Sequence record: ON645936.1
Strand: one strand, 5' to 3'
DNA length: 64,000 nt
Origin: Escherichia phage N2
Both the position numbers and the translations under genes were made by a program. Below are positions 47,353 through 58,000 of this stretch, piece after piece. The notes under the pieces are model-generated. The model worked only from the letters and a program-made list of their open reading frames with translations, was not told the origin of the DNA and did no database searches. Position 1 is the stretch's first letter, and each line of letters starts with the position of its first letter.

Positions 47353-48084
47353 ATGAAATCTGGAATATATGCTATTATAAACACTAAAACTAATAAGCAC
47401 TATATAGGAAGTGCAATTAATTTTGAAGAACGATGGAAACGACACTTTAAAGATTTAGATAATGGAAATCATCATTCAATAAAGCTGCAGCGTTCTTATA
47501 ATAAGCATGGTAAAGATGCTTTCGTATGTAAAATCATAGAAGAACTTCCATACGAAAAATCTATCATTATTGAACGTGAAAATTATTGGATGCATGAATA
47601 TGACTCAAAGGAAAATGGGTATAATATAGCAGACGCATCGTTTGGGGATACCTTATCTCATCACCCAAGAAAGCAAGAAATCCTTAATAAAATTTCAAAT
47701 GCAATTAAAAATAATAATTCAAAATTATCACCAGAAGAACTTAAGCAAAAACATGGTAGACCTAGAGACATCAAAGGTAAAACTATAGAAGAACACTATG
47801 GGTTAGATCGTGCTATAGAAATAAGCAAAAAGTTCCAAGAAAGAAACGCTGCACTTAATATGAAAGGCATCAATAATCCATATTACGGACAGACGCATAC
47901 CAATGAAGTTAGAAAACGAATTTCTGACTCACAGAGAGGTAAAAAGAAACCCCATCTAAGAGTAAGTATAGATGGGGTAGAATATCCAACAATAGCAGAA
48001 GCTGTGCGTCAAACCGGAATAAGCAGAAAACTTATATCTAAAAGATGCGCTCTAGATTGCTGGGAATCATATTTATACTGCTAA
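47353..48084 (+). CDS. free-standing GIY-YIG homing endonuclease of the I-TevI family
   Basis: 243-aa ORF; N-terminal [46 protein letters not shown] closely parallels I-TevI catalytic domain; TATAAATA late promoter and AGGAG SD upstream. Confidence 0.85.
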   Translation: MKSGIYAIINTKTNKHYIGSAINFEERWKRHFKDLDNGNHHSIKLQRSYNKHGKDAFVCKIIEELPYEKSIIIERENYWMHEYDSKENGYNIADASFGDTLSHHPRKQEILNKISNAIKNNNSKLSPEELKQKHGRPRDIKGKTIEEHYGLDRAIEISKKFQERNAALNMKGINNPYYGQTHTNEVRKRISDSQRGKKKPHLRVSIDGVEYPTIAEAVRQTGISRKLISKRCALDCWESYLYC

Positions 48085-48330
48085 AGTTCTACATTCGTCA
48101 TATTGTTTTTCCGTTAAAACAGTAATATCATAATAGCAATCAGAAGAAGTTTTAACTGTGGAAATTTTATTATCAAAATACTCACGAGTCATTTTATGAG
48201 TATAATATTTTTTGCCATAAATGATAATAGGCTGTTCTGGTCCTGGAACTTCTAACTCGCTTGGATTAGGAAGTGTAAAAAGAACGATACCAGAAGTATC
48301 TTTAAATCGTAAAATCATATATCCTCGCAA
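48073..48330 (-). CDS. hypothetical small protein downstream of td
   Basis: 85-aa ORF with GAGGA SD; 3' end overlaps the endonuclease ORF on opposite strand. Confidence 0.5.
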   Translation of the reverse strand: MRGYMILRFKDTSGIVLFTLPNPSELEVPGPEQPIIIYGKKYYTHKMTREYFDNKISTVKTSSDCYYDITVLTEKQYDECRTLAV

Positions 48331-48341
48331 TTAAATTAAAA

Positions 48342-48653
48342 TTATACCGCCATTTTTCCTTTCAAGACACCGTGGGACTGATAATCTTTGAGAACGAAAT
48401 CTTTAGGCCTGAGTTTAAGAATGTATTCCAATTGTTCTTTAGTAGAAAGATAACGGAATTTATAAGGTAATCCGCCTATTACCAGTTCACAAAGCTCTTT
48501 AGATTCACGACGCAAAATTTCTTTACATTGTTCTACGTGATTCATATAGATATGAGTATTACCACCAGAAAATATCAAATCTCCTGGAATAAGATTACAC
48601 ATCTTAGCTACAATATGAACTAACGCAGCATATGATGCAATATTAAATGGAAG
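48342..48653 (-). CDS. td: thymidylate synthase, exon 2
   Basis: Encodes LPFNIASYA... ThyA C-terminal region; joins in frame to exon 1 after intron removal. Confidence 0.9.
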   Translation of the reverse strand, partial: LPFNIASYAALVHIVAKMCNLIPGDLIFSGGNTHIYMNHVEQCKEILRRESKELCELVIGGLPYKFRYLSTKEQLEYILKLRPKDFVLKDYQSHGVLKGKMAV

Positions 48654-48907
48654 CATTATGTTCAGATAAGGTCGTTAATCTTATCCCGGAATTATATCCA
48701 GCTGCATGTCACCATACAGATCAGACTATATCTCCATCTTGATGAAGCAAGATGTCTATCGTTTCGAGTCACTTGACCCTACTCCCCAAAGGGATAGTCG
48801 TTAGGCATTTAGTTCAAAAGAACATTTAGCACGGGATTGTCTACTAGAGAGGTTCCCCGTTTAGATAGATTACAAGTATAAGTCACCTTATACTCAGGCC
48901 TCAATTA
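48654..48907 (-). ncRNA. group I self-splicing intron in td, ORF-less (about 254 nt)
   Basis: Starts UAAUUGAGGCCUGAGUAUAAGGUGACUUAUACUUGUAAUCUAUCUAAACGGGGAACC after exon-1 ...CUUGGGU, ends ...CUGAACAUAAUG before exon 2, matching remembered T4 td intron ends. Confidence 0.85.
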
Positions 48908-49456
48908 ACCCAAGAACACGTCAACACTTCTTTGATACCACTGCAAATCCAAATAGCCATTACGCACATTAAACTGATAGAACATATGACAAGGCGGTAA
49001 TGCCATTTGCTTGAGTTCAGCTGGATTCCATGCAGAAACAACTTGACGTCTATCATTTGGCAGTTTTTTAATACGATCAATAACTTCTACAATTTGGTCT
49101 ACACCACCAAAATCACGCCACTGTTTTCCATAAATTGGACCAAGTTCACCACTATGATATCCTAAATCTTTTGCTTGATTTTCGTAATTTTCATCCCAGA
49201 CTGTTTTGCCTTGAATTAATGAATCGTGTTGAATTAATCGTAAATCATTGACATTTGTGCTTCCTGATAAAAACCAAAGTAGCTCAGCAATGCAAGCTTT
49301 CCAGGCGAGCTTCTTAGTTGTTACTGCAGGAAAACCTTTAGTTAAATCCCAGCGTAATTTAGTACCGAACAAAGCAATTGTTCCTGTGCCTGTTCGGTCA
49401 TCAGTTTCATAGCCATTTTCAAAAATGTCTTTAATTAAATCTTGGTATTGTTTCAT
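48908..49456 (-). CDS. td: thymidylate synthase, exon 1
   Basis: 183 codons ending ...QRSVDVFLG, followed by in-frame UAA at intron start. Confidence 0.9.
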
Positions 49457-49501
49457 TTAGTACCTTATATAAATTATAATACATTTTATGAAGCTAAATA
49501 A

Positions 49502-49864
49502 TCAATACGGTTTAGCATCAAATTTTCTTTCGATTTCAGGAGTGAAATATAATTCTTTACCACGTTTGGAAAAACGACCAATAATATGATAATTATTCTC
49601 ATCAAACGTGATATTGCCAATATCCATAGCTTTCAACCAAATATCGATATTTCTATCTAGTTTTATATCAAAATTCCAATACGGAGAACTATTACCGAAA
49701 ATACTGCAAGCGGATTCAGTGCAATAACTGCTGCTATAAATCTTGTCTTTGGGAACTACTAATTGATAGACGCCTTTAATAAACTGAGGACCCTGCCATT
49801 TTGGTTGTTTCGCGTCTTTTTCTAATAGAATAGGGTAATAATTAAAGTTCATATTTTCCGCCAC
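49502..49864 (-). CDS. hypothetical protein inserted between frd and td
   Basis: 120-aa ORF with no recognisable motifs. Confidence 0.6.
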   Translation of the reverse strand: MAENMNFNYYPILLEKDAKQPKWQGPQFIKGVYQLVVPKDKIYSSSYCTESACSIFGNSSPYWNFDIKLDRNIDIWLKAMDIGNITFDENNYHIIGRFSKRGKELYFTPEIERKFDAKPY

Positions 49865-49872
49865 GCGTTATT

Positions 49873-50699
<827 letters not shown>

Positions 50700-50709
50700 A
50701 TTATTTTCC

Positions 50710-50952
50710 TTAAACAGACTTTTTCACAATTTTCCAATCAGCTTTAAACTGTTCAACGTCAGAATGGTAAATCCAGAATCCTGCGCTTTCTCCATCCTCA
50801 TAAAGAGGGCATCCATCGCATTCATCTTCCCATCCCATATCACGTAAAAGTTGTTCAGCTTTTTCAACGAGTTCAGAATCTTTACCGATGATATTAAAAT
50901 ACCATTTACCTCTAACTTCTGAATCTTTGATGCTCTGGCGTTGTAATCTCAT
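50710..50952 (-). CDS. hypothetical protein
   Basis: 80-aa ORF; early promoter and GGAGAA SD upstream. Confidence 0.55.
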   Translation of the reverse strand: MRLQRQSIKDSEVRGKWYFNIIGKDSELVEKAEQLLRDMGWEDECDGCPLYEDGESAGFWIYHSDVEQFKADWKIVKKSV

Positions 50953-50978
50953 TTTATTCTCCTTAGTTGATAGGGTAA

Positions 50979-51007
50979 TAGTATCACACTACTACCCTGT
51001 TGTAAAC
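50979..51007 (-). promoter_or_regulatory. early promoter (GTTTAC-N17-ATACTAT)
   Basis: Upstream of ORF 50710..50952. Confidence 0.5.
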
Positions 51008-51387
51008 TACTTTTTGAAAGTTTTTCGCAAAAGTTCAATGATTTCATCTACATTGTTTTCGTCTACAATGCAGTGAATTTTTGTTACGCCAGAAATCTTG
51101 TCTTCGACTTCATCTTCTTCAGAAGTCGGTTCTTTATACTCACGAAAACAATGAAATTCGTCTTCGCAAATTTCTAAAAGTCTATCTTTGAGATAAAAAT
51201 GCTTTCCATTTGCACATTCAATGTGTTTTACTGCTTTGTATCCATTGGCGACTGAAACTTCTTTAACTTCAAACCATCCGCCATTATCTCGAATAGCTTT
51301 AACTATTGATGAATTAGAACGTGGACTATAATTAATAAATGTATCAATAAGTCTTGGAACAAGTTCATACTTTCTACCAGTATACAT
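51007..51387 (-). CDS. hypothetical protein
   Basis: 126-aa ORF with GAGGA SD. Confidence 0.55.
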   Translation of the reverse strand: MYTGRKYELVPRLIDTFINYSPRSNSSIVKAIRDNGGWFEVKEVSVANGYKAVKHIECANGKHFYLKDRLLEICEDEFHCFREYKEPTSEEDEVEDKISGVTKIHCIVDENNVDEIIELLRKTFKK

Positions 51388-51431
51388 TGCGTTTTCCTCA
51401 TTTTAATAGGGGCTTGATAGCCCCTTGATAA

Positions 51432-51659
51432 TTACTGCTCAATAAATCCTGTGTAAAATTCTACATCTTCAGCATCCATACCGTCACAATATTCATTAAC
51501 CATAAATTGTTTAAGACGATTTAAAGGACCTTCAATAACAACTGAAACATTGCAATTAGGATCATTTAGTGCGCTTATGATACGGAGTTCAGGATAACGA
51601 TTACAAATAATTTCTTCAATATATTCAAAATCAACAACATCAATATCAATTTTAGCCAT
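51432..51659 (-). CDS. hypothetical small acidic protein
   Basis: Start MAKIDIDVV with AGAGGA SD; longer track ORF rejected. Confidence 0.5.
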   Translation of the reverse strand: MAKIDIDVVDFEYIEEIICNRYPELRIISALNDPNCNVSVVIEGPLNRLKQFMVNEYCDGMDAEDVEFYTGFIEQ

Positions 51660-51763
51660 GTTATTTTCCTCTTTAATCATCATCAGCAGTATTGCCGATA
51701 GTTGTATAGTACCACAGTATGCTTTGGTTGTAAACCGTTTTGTGAAAAAATTTTTGAAATAAA

Positions 51764-51790
51764 AAAAGGGGACCTCTAGGGTCCCCAATT
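51764..51790 (-). terminator. terminator after gene 32
   Basis: GGGGACC-hairpin followed by U run on minus strand. Confidence 0.65.
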
Positions 51791-51808
51791 AATTAGTAAT
51801 ATAATCTA

Positions 51809-52717
51809 TTAAAGGTCATTCAAAAGGTCATCCAGGTCCGTGTCATCAGCACTAGATGAACTGCCAGAGCTTGAGCTCATAAAATCATCTTCAGTTTTTG
51901 TTTTGAAGTCATCAACATTGAATGCATCCAAATCATCAGCAACTTTATCAGCTTTCTTAGCGGCAGTTGCTGCGGCACCACCCATAGCAGCAGTTCCCAT
52001 AACTTGACTGAACTTAGTGCTCAGTTCTTCAAACGATTTGAATTTATCTTTAGAAGTCATTTCAGAAAGGTCAACCATTTGTTCGAACAGTTCTTTCTGG
52101 AAAGATTCATCATCAATGTTTGGAATCGCAGATTGATTCAGGAATTTAGATTCGTCGTAGTTACTAAAACCAGAAACTTGTTTAACTTTCAGTACAAAGT
52201 TAGCACCTTCCCACGGACAAGTTACATCAACCGGAGTTTCACCCATTTCAACATCAACTGCAATCATCGCGTTGATTTTATCCCAGATTTTCTTACCGAA
52301 ACGGTATTTAAATACTTTACCTTCGTTTTCTGGAGCAGCTGGGTCTTTTACTACAAGAATGTTAGCCCAGTAAGAAGTTTTACGTTTAACAAGACTGTAC
52401 TCTTTATTGTCAGTGTTGTACAGATCATTTTTACTGATGTACTGACATACTGGACAAGAATCGTAATCACCGTAGGTAGATGAGCATGTTTCGATATACC
52501 ATTTACCATTTTTCTTGAAACCGTGATTTACAAGAAGTGCGAATGGTGCTTGTTCATCATTTTTAGACGGAAGAAAACGAATTACTGCTTGACCGTTACC
52601 CGCATTATCGAGTTTCAGTTTCCACTCGCCTTTATCTTCAGAAGAAAAACCACCTTTATTTCCAGCCAGTTTAGCCATTTGCGCAGCGAGTTCAGCAGTA
52701 GATTTACGTTTAAACAT
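51809..52717 (-). CDS. 32: single-stranded DNA-binding protein gp32
   Basis: 302-aa ORF with T4 gp32-like sequence; AU-rich translational operator upstream. Confidence 0.97.
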   Translation of the reverse strand: MFKRKSTAELAAQMAKLAGNKGGFSSEDKGEWKLKLDNAGNGQAVIRFLPSKNDEQAPFALLVNHGFKKNGKWYIETCSSTYGDYDSCPVCQYISKNDLYNTDNKEYSLVKRKTSYWANILVVKDPAAPENEGKVFKYRFGKKIWDKINAMIAVDVEMGETPVDVTCPWEGANFVLKVKQVSGFSNYDESKFLNQSAIPNIDDESFQKELFEQMVDLSEMTSKDKFKSFEELSTKFSQVMGTAAMGGAAATAAKKADKVADDLDAFNVDDFKTKTEDDFMSSSSGSSSSADDTDLDDLLNDL

Positions 52718-52790
52718 TTTTATTTCCTTTTTAATTTAATTAACAGTTGGTGCTATGACGATGTATGACCTCATAGCTGGTCAGTGAGAT
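52718..52790 (-). promoter_or_regulatory. gene 32 translational operator region
   Basis: ...UUAAUUAAAUUAAAAAGGAAAUAAAAUG immediately upstream of gene 32 start. Confidence 0.6.
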
Positions 52791-52792
52791 AA

Positions 52793-52818
52793 TTATAATC
52801 TATTTATAATAAGCAATT
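52793..52818 (-). promoter_or_regulatory. promoter cluster upstream of gene 32: MotA box AATTGCTTA, -10 TATAAT and overlapping TATAAATA
   Basis: Motifs read on minus strand. Confidence 0.55.
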
Positions 52819-53470
52819 AATACTTGCAAGATTTCACAGTTTCAATGAAAACACTTTTAGCTTTCTGTGAATCAATATTTAAAATTTTTCTATAAGCCTT
52901 TAACTTTATAGAATAATTATTCCAGACTAAATTATCAGTCTGTTCATCATGTTTATCAATTATATTTAAAAACGAATCAAGCAAGATAAACGTCTCAAAC
53001 GAAATTATATTCGATTGAAGCAGTTTAAAAATATAACTTGATTGAACTTTTGGATTATACTCAAAGATTTCTTTAAAAGCAGAAACTTCAACTTTTTTAC
53101 TAAAATAATAAATGTTGCGAATATCTTCTTCAAACTTAAATTTAATTTGCTTTAAGCGTCCGATATATTCACGATAAAACACAAGTGCATCAGCGTCAGA
53201 GATGTCACCAATCCAAGCATCCTGGTTAGCAACAAGATTGCTTATAAAGATTAAAGCAAGTTCCTTTAATTTATATTTTTCTGATAACTTCTGGAAAAAA
53301 TACTTATCCCTTCGCTTTTGATAAGCGGCATCAGACACCCGCATGCACCAATTATACTTAATTACATCATACTTTCCATTCATATGTTGTTTTATCATTA
53401 AGTATAATTTATAAACTGATTTACCATCAATGTATCTTTCACCACCAGCAGGCATGCGGAGTTTAATCAT
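52817..53470 (-). CDS. 59: helicase loader gp59
   Basis: 217-aa ORF matching T4 gp59 length and position. Confidence 0.88.
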   Translation of the reverse strand: MIKLRMPAGGERYIDGKSVYKLYLMIKQHMNGKYDVIKYNWCMRVSDAAYQKRRDKYFFQKLSEKYKLKELALIFISNLVANQDAWIGDISDADALVFYREYIGRLKQIKFKFEEDIRNIYYFSKKVEVSAFKEIFEYNPKVQSSYIFKLLQSNIISFETFILLDSFLNIIDKHDEQTDNLVWNNYSIKLKAYRKILNIDSQKAKSVFIETVKSCKY

Positions 53471-53805
53471 AGTAGAAAATCTAATGTATTAGTTTTTTCA
53501 CAACGAACAACAGAAGGACGTAAAAGATTTTCGTCAATAGCTTCTGACTGAATTTTTTCAATTATACCCGAAGGAATAAATTTAGCAAATTGAGTTTCAG
53601 GAATAGAATTTTCTTCCAAGAATGCTGTTGTAGCTTCAAGATAACTCATTCCAAACTCTTCTACCATTTTTTCAATAATAAATCCATTTTCTTGACGGTC
53701 AAGAAGCTTTGCAATTTCATCCTTTTCTTTCTTAATTGAAAGTTCTTTTTCTGAAAGACCGGTCTCATCGACTGGACGAATATCATTTAGAGAAAACTGT
53801 GTCAT
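53467..53805 (-). CDS. 33: late transcription co-activator gp33
   Basis: 112 aa from MTQFSL; between 59 and dsbA. Confidence 0.8.
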   Translation of the reverse strand: MTQFSLNDIRPVDETGLSEKELSIKKEKDEIAKLLDRQENGFIIEKMVEEFGMSYLEATTAFLEENSIPETQFAKFIPSGIIEKIQSEAIDENLLRPSVVRCEKTNTLDFLL

Positions 53806-54052
53806 AAAGTTCAACTACCTCTTCAGTTTCAGCTTCAAACACATCACGGTTATCTTTATGATACAAAGCTAAAAGACGATTAAACATCTTACCATCAACA
53901 CCAAGTTCATCTTTAGCACGAATTCGAATATCTTTAATCAATTCATTATAACCGGAAATTTTCAGTTTATGATCAGATGCTTCTTTAATAAATTTAGCTA
54001 AGTCTTCGCCATGGATAGCTTCATCAAATTCAACCATTTCTTTTTTAGCCAT
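53783..54052 (-). CDS. dsbA: dsDNA-binding protein DsbA
   Basis: 89-aa ORF at the T4 dsbA position. Confidence 0.8.
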   Translation of the reverse strand: MAKKEMVEFDEAIHGEDLAKFIKEASDHKLKISGYNELIKDIRIRAKDELGVDGKMFNRLLALYHKDNRDVFEAETEEVVELYDTVFSK

Positions 54053-54060
54053 TATTCACC

Positions 54061-54978
54061 TCAAAATTCATTAATGCTATTAGTTAATTTAGAAAGACCC
54101 GCTTTTACAAAATATGAATAAATTTTGCCACGCGGTGGTAATTTATATGAATTATAGTAATTCACAATGTTTGAAGCAATATTATCAGGAATATAATCAA
54201 AATCAATTAGAACTAAATTTTCTTTATATCGATTATATTCAGATTCAGTGAGAAGCACTTTAGCTTGCTCACGGTCATTAGCGATAGCTTCAACAATAGA
54301 GGTTTTCATTGAAGGAGTTCGTTCACCTTCAACTCTGGTAAACCAAAAGTCAGATCGTACTTTAACTGAAGCAACGTTATCCTTTTTATCACCCTTAAGA
54401 ATTTTAGTCATACAGTCAATTTCAGCAGAACCGCTTTTAATTTTAACCCATTTCTTATGCATCGGTGACCATTGCTTAACATTTGGATACTTGTGAAGTT
54501 GAGTAAAGTCACCATCCGATGAAATGATTAAAATCTTGTGTCCTTCTAAAGAGAACTTTTTAACAAGAACAGCGATATGGTCATCTGCTTCATACTTATC
54601 AATATCCATAACAGTGTATGGCATATAAGCTTTCAATTCATCTATAACTTTATGACTGGATTCAAAATAACCTTCCCAGTCCCAAGTAGATTCTTCTCGT
54701 GCTTTTCCACGGTTTTTCTTATAGTAATAAGCAAAATCACGACGCCAATATCCTGATTTTGCGTTATCGATACACAGTACAATTTTAGTGTATCCAAGAG
54801 TTTTTGCTTTTTTGACATTAAACTTAATTGAGTTCAATATCAAATGACGAACCATTGATAAATTAATTTTTTCTTTATCTGGAAAGTTTACTAAAGCAGT
54901 TGAAAGCGCAATCTGACTAAAGTCAATTAAGCAAATTCCTTCTTTGTAATCTTCATCCAGCATCATTTCTAAATCCAT
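54061..54978 (-). CDS. rnh: RNase H (5'-3' exonuclease / flap endonuclease)
   Basis: 305 aa from MDLEMMLDEDY. Confidence 0.9.
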   Translation of the reverse strand: MDLEMMLDEDYKEGICLIDFSQIALSTALVNFPDKEKINLSMVRHLILNSIKFNVKKAKTLGYTKIVLCIDNAKSGYWRRDFAYYYKKNRGKAREESTWDWEGYFESSHKVIDELKAYMPYTVMDIDKYEADDHIAVLVKKFSLEGHKILIISSDGDFTQLHKYPNVKQWSPMHKKWVKIKSGSAEIDCMTKILKGDKKDNVASVKVRSDFWFTRVEGERTPSMKTSIVEAIANDREQAKVLLTESEYNRYKENLVLIDFDYIPDNIASNIVNYYNSYKLPPRGKIYSYFVKAGLSKLTNSINEF

Positions 54979-55040
54979 ATGAACCTCGTTCAATTAGTGA
55001 GATTTCTATTATATACCATCCAAATCTTAAAGTAAACAAG

Positions 55041-55048
55041 TATAAATA
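55041..55048 (+). promoter_or_regulatory. late promoter TATAAATA (gene 34)
   Basis: Exact octamer upstream of gene 34. Confidence 0.75.
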
Positions 55049-55082
55049 CTTATTATTGAAAACACAATAGGAGCCCGGGAGA

Positions 55083-58000
55083 ATGGCCGAGATTAAAAGA
55101 AAGTTCAGAGCAGAAGACGGTCTGGACGCAGGTGGCGATAAAATAATCAACGTAGCTTTAGCTGATCGTACCGTAGGAACTGACGGTGTCAACGTTGATT
55201 ACTTAATTCAAGAAAACACAGTTCAACAATACGATCCAACTCGTGGATATTTAAAAGATTTTGTAATCATTTATGATAACCGCTTTTGGGCTGCTATAAA
55301 TGATATTCCAAAACCAGCAGGAGCTTTTAATAGCGTACGTTGGAGATCATTACGTACTGATGCTAATTGGACAACTGTTTCATCAGGACCTTATCAATTA
55401 AAGTCAGGCGAATCAATTTCAGTTGATACTGCAGCCGGTAATGACATTACATTTACTTTGCCATCTTCTCCAATTGATGGAGATACTATCGTTCTCCAAG
55501 ACATTGGAGGAAAACCTGGTGTTAACCAAGTTTTAATTACAGCTCCGGTGCAAAGCATTGTAAATTTTAGAGGTCAGCAAGTACGATCAGTACTAATGAC
55601 TCATCCAAAATCACAGATAGTTTTAATTTTTAGTAATCGTCTGTGGCAAATGTACGTTGCTGATTATAGCAGAGAAGCTGCAATTGTAACACCGGCAAGT
55701 CTTTATCAGGCGCAATCTAACGATTTTATCGTGCGTAGATTTACTTCCGCTGCGCCGATTAATATTAAACTTCCGAGATTTGCTAATCATGGCGATATTA
55801 TTAATTTCGTCGATTTAGATAAACTAAATCCGCTTTATCATACAATTGTTACTACATACGATGAAACGACTTCAATACAAGAAGTTGGAACTCATTCCAT
55901 TGAAGGCCGTACAACAATTGACGGTTTCTTGATGTTTGATGATAATGAGAAATTGTGGAGATTGTTTGACGGGGATAGTAAAGCACGTTTACGTATTATA
56001 ACAACTAATTCAAATATTCGTCCAAATGAAGAAGTCATGGTATTTGGAGCGAATAACGGAACAACCCAAACAATTGAACTTCAACTTCCAACCGATATTT
56101 CCATTGGTGATACTGTTAAAATTTCCATGAATTACATGAGAAAAGACCAAACAGTTAAAATCAAAGCTGCCGGTGAAGATAAAATTGCTTCTTCAGTTCA
56201 ATTGTTGCAATTCCCAAAACGTTCAGAGTATCCGCCTGAAGCTGAATGGGTGACTGTTCAAGAATTAGTTTTTAACGGCGAAACTAATTATGTTCCAGTT
56301 TTAGAGCTTGCTTATATAGAAGATTCTGACGGAAAATACTGGGTTGTACAACAAAACGTTCCAACCGTAGAAAGAGTTGATTCTTTAAATGATTCTACTA
56401 GAGCAAGATTAGGCGTGATTGCTTTAGCTACACAAGCTCAAGCTAATGTCGATTTAGAAAATTCTCCACAAAAAGAATTAGCAATTACTCCAGAAACATT
56501 AGCTAACCGTACTGCTACAGAAACTCGTAGAGGTATCGCAAGAATAGCAACCACTGCTCAAGTGAATCAGAACACTACATTCTCTTTTGCTGATGATATT
56601 ATCATCACTCCTAAAAAGCTGAATGAAAGAACTGCTACAGAAACTCGTAGAGGTGTTGCTGAAATTGCTACGCAACAGGAAACTAATGCAGGTACTGATG
56701 ATACTACAATCATCACTCCTAAAAAGCTTCAAGCTCGACAAGGTTCTGAATCATTATCTGGTATTGTAACCTTTGTATCTACCGCAGGAGCTACTCCAGC
56801 TTCTAGTCGTGAATTAAATGGTACAAACGTTTATAATAAAAACACTAATAATTTAGTTGTTTCGCCTAAAGCTTTGGATCAGTATAAAGCTACTCCAACG
56901 CAACAAGGTGCAGTAATTTTAGCAGTTGAAAGTGAAGTAATTGCTGGACAAAGCCAAGAAGGATGGGCAAATGCGGTTGTAACGCCAGAAACGTTACATA
57001 AAAAGACATCAACTGATGCAAGAATTGGTTTAATTGAAATTGCTACGCAAAGTGAAGTTAATACAGGAACTGATTATACTCGTGCAGTCACTCCTAAAAC
57101 TTTAAATGACCGTAAAGCAACTGAAAGTTTAAGTGGTATAGCTGAAATTGCTACACAAGTTGAATTCGACGCAGGCGTCGACGATACTCGTATCTCTACA
57201 CCATTAAAAATTAAAACCAGATTTAATAGTACTGATCGTACTTCTGTTGTTGCTCTATCTGGATTAGTTGAATCAGGAACTCTCTGGGACCATTATACCC
57301 TTAATATTCTTGAAGCAAATGAGACACAACGTGGTACACTTCGTGTGGCTACGCAAGTTGAAGCTGCTGCAGGAACATTAGATAATGTTTTAATAACTCC
57401 TAAAAAGCTTTTAGGTACTAAATCTACTGAAGCACAGGAAGGTGTTATTAAAGTTGCAACTCAGTCTGAAACTGTAGTTGGAACGTCAGCAAATACTGCT
57501 GTATCTCCAAAAAATTTAAAATGGATTGTACAGAGTGAACCTACTTGGGCAGCTACTACTCTGGTAAGAGGTTTTGTTAAAACTTCATCTGGTTCAATTA
57601 CATTCGTTGGTAATGATACAGTTGGTTCAACACAGTCATTAGAATTATACGAGAAAAATAGCTATGCAGTATCACCATATGAATTAAACCGTGTATTAGC
57701 AAATTATTTGCCGTTAAAAGCAAAAGCCGTAGATAGTAATTTACTGGATGGTCTAGATTCATCTCAGTTCATTCGTAGGGATATTGCACAAACGGTTAAT
57801 GGTTCACTAACCTTAACCCAACAAACGAATCTGAGTGCCCCTCTTGTATCATCTAGTACTGCTACGTTTGGTGGATCAGTTTCAGCAAATAGTACACTAA
57901 CCATTTCTAATACTGATGGAACAGCAACTCGTCTGATTTTTGAGAAAGGACCTCAAACTGGAACGAACCCGGCTCAAACGATGACAGTCAGCGTGTGGGG

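Noticed and set aside
47298-47384. 29-codon N-terminal extension of nrdA from the first in-frame ATG
   Set aside because: The conserved NrdA N-terminus starts at MQLINVIK with a GAGGA SD; the extension would run through the late promoter and SD of the divergent endonuclease gene
48654-48656. ATG used by the track as the start of the 104-aa ORF
   Set aside because: This AUG is the 3' end of the group I intron; the ORF is td exon 2 and has no independent start
52004-52483. 159-aa plus-strand ORF
   Set aside because: Antisense to gene 32; the same applies to other antisense ORFs in the track (for example 15799..16137, 40415..40843, 44557..45038)
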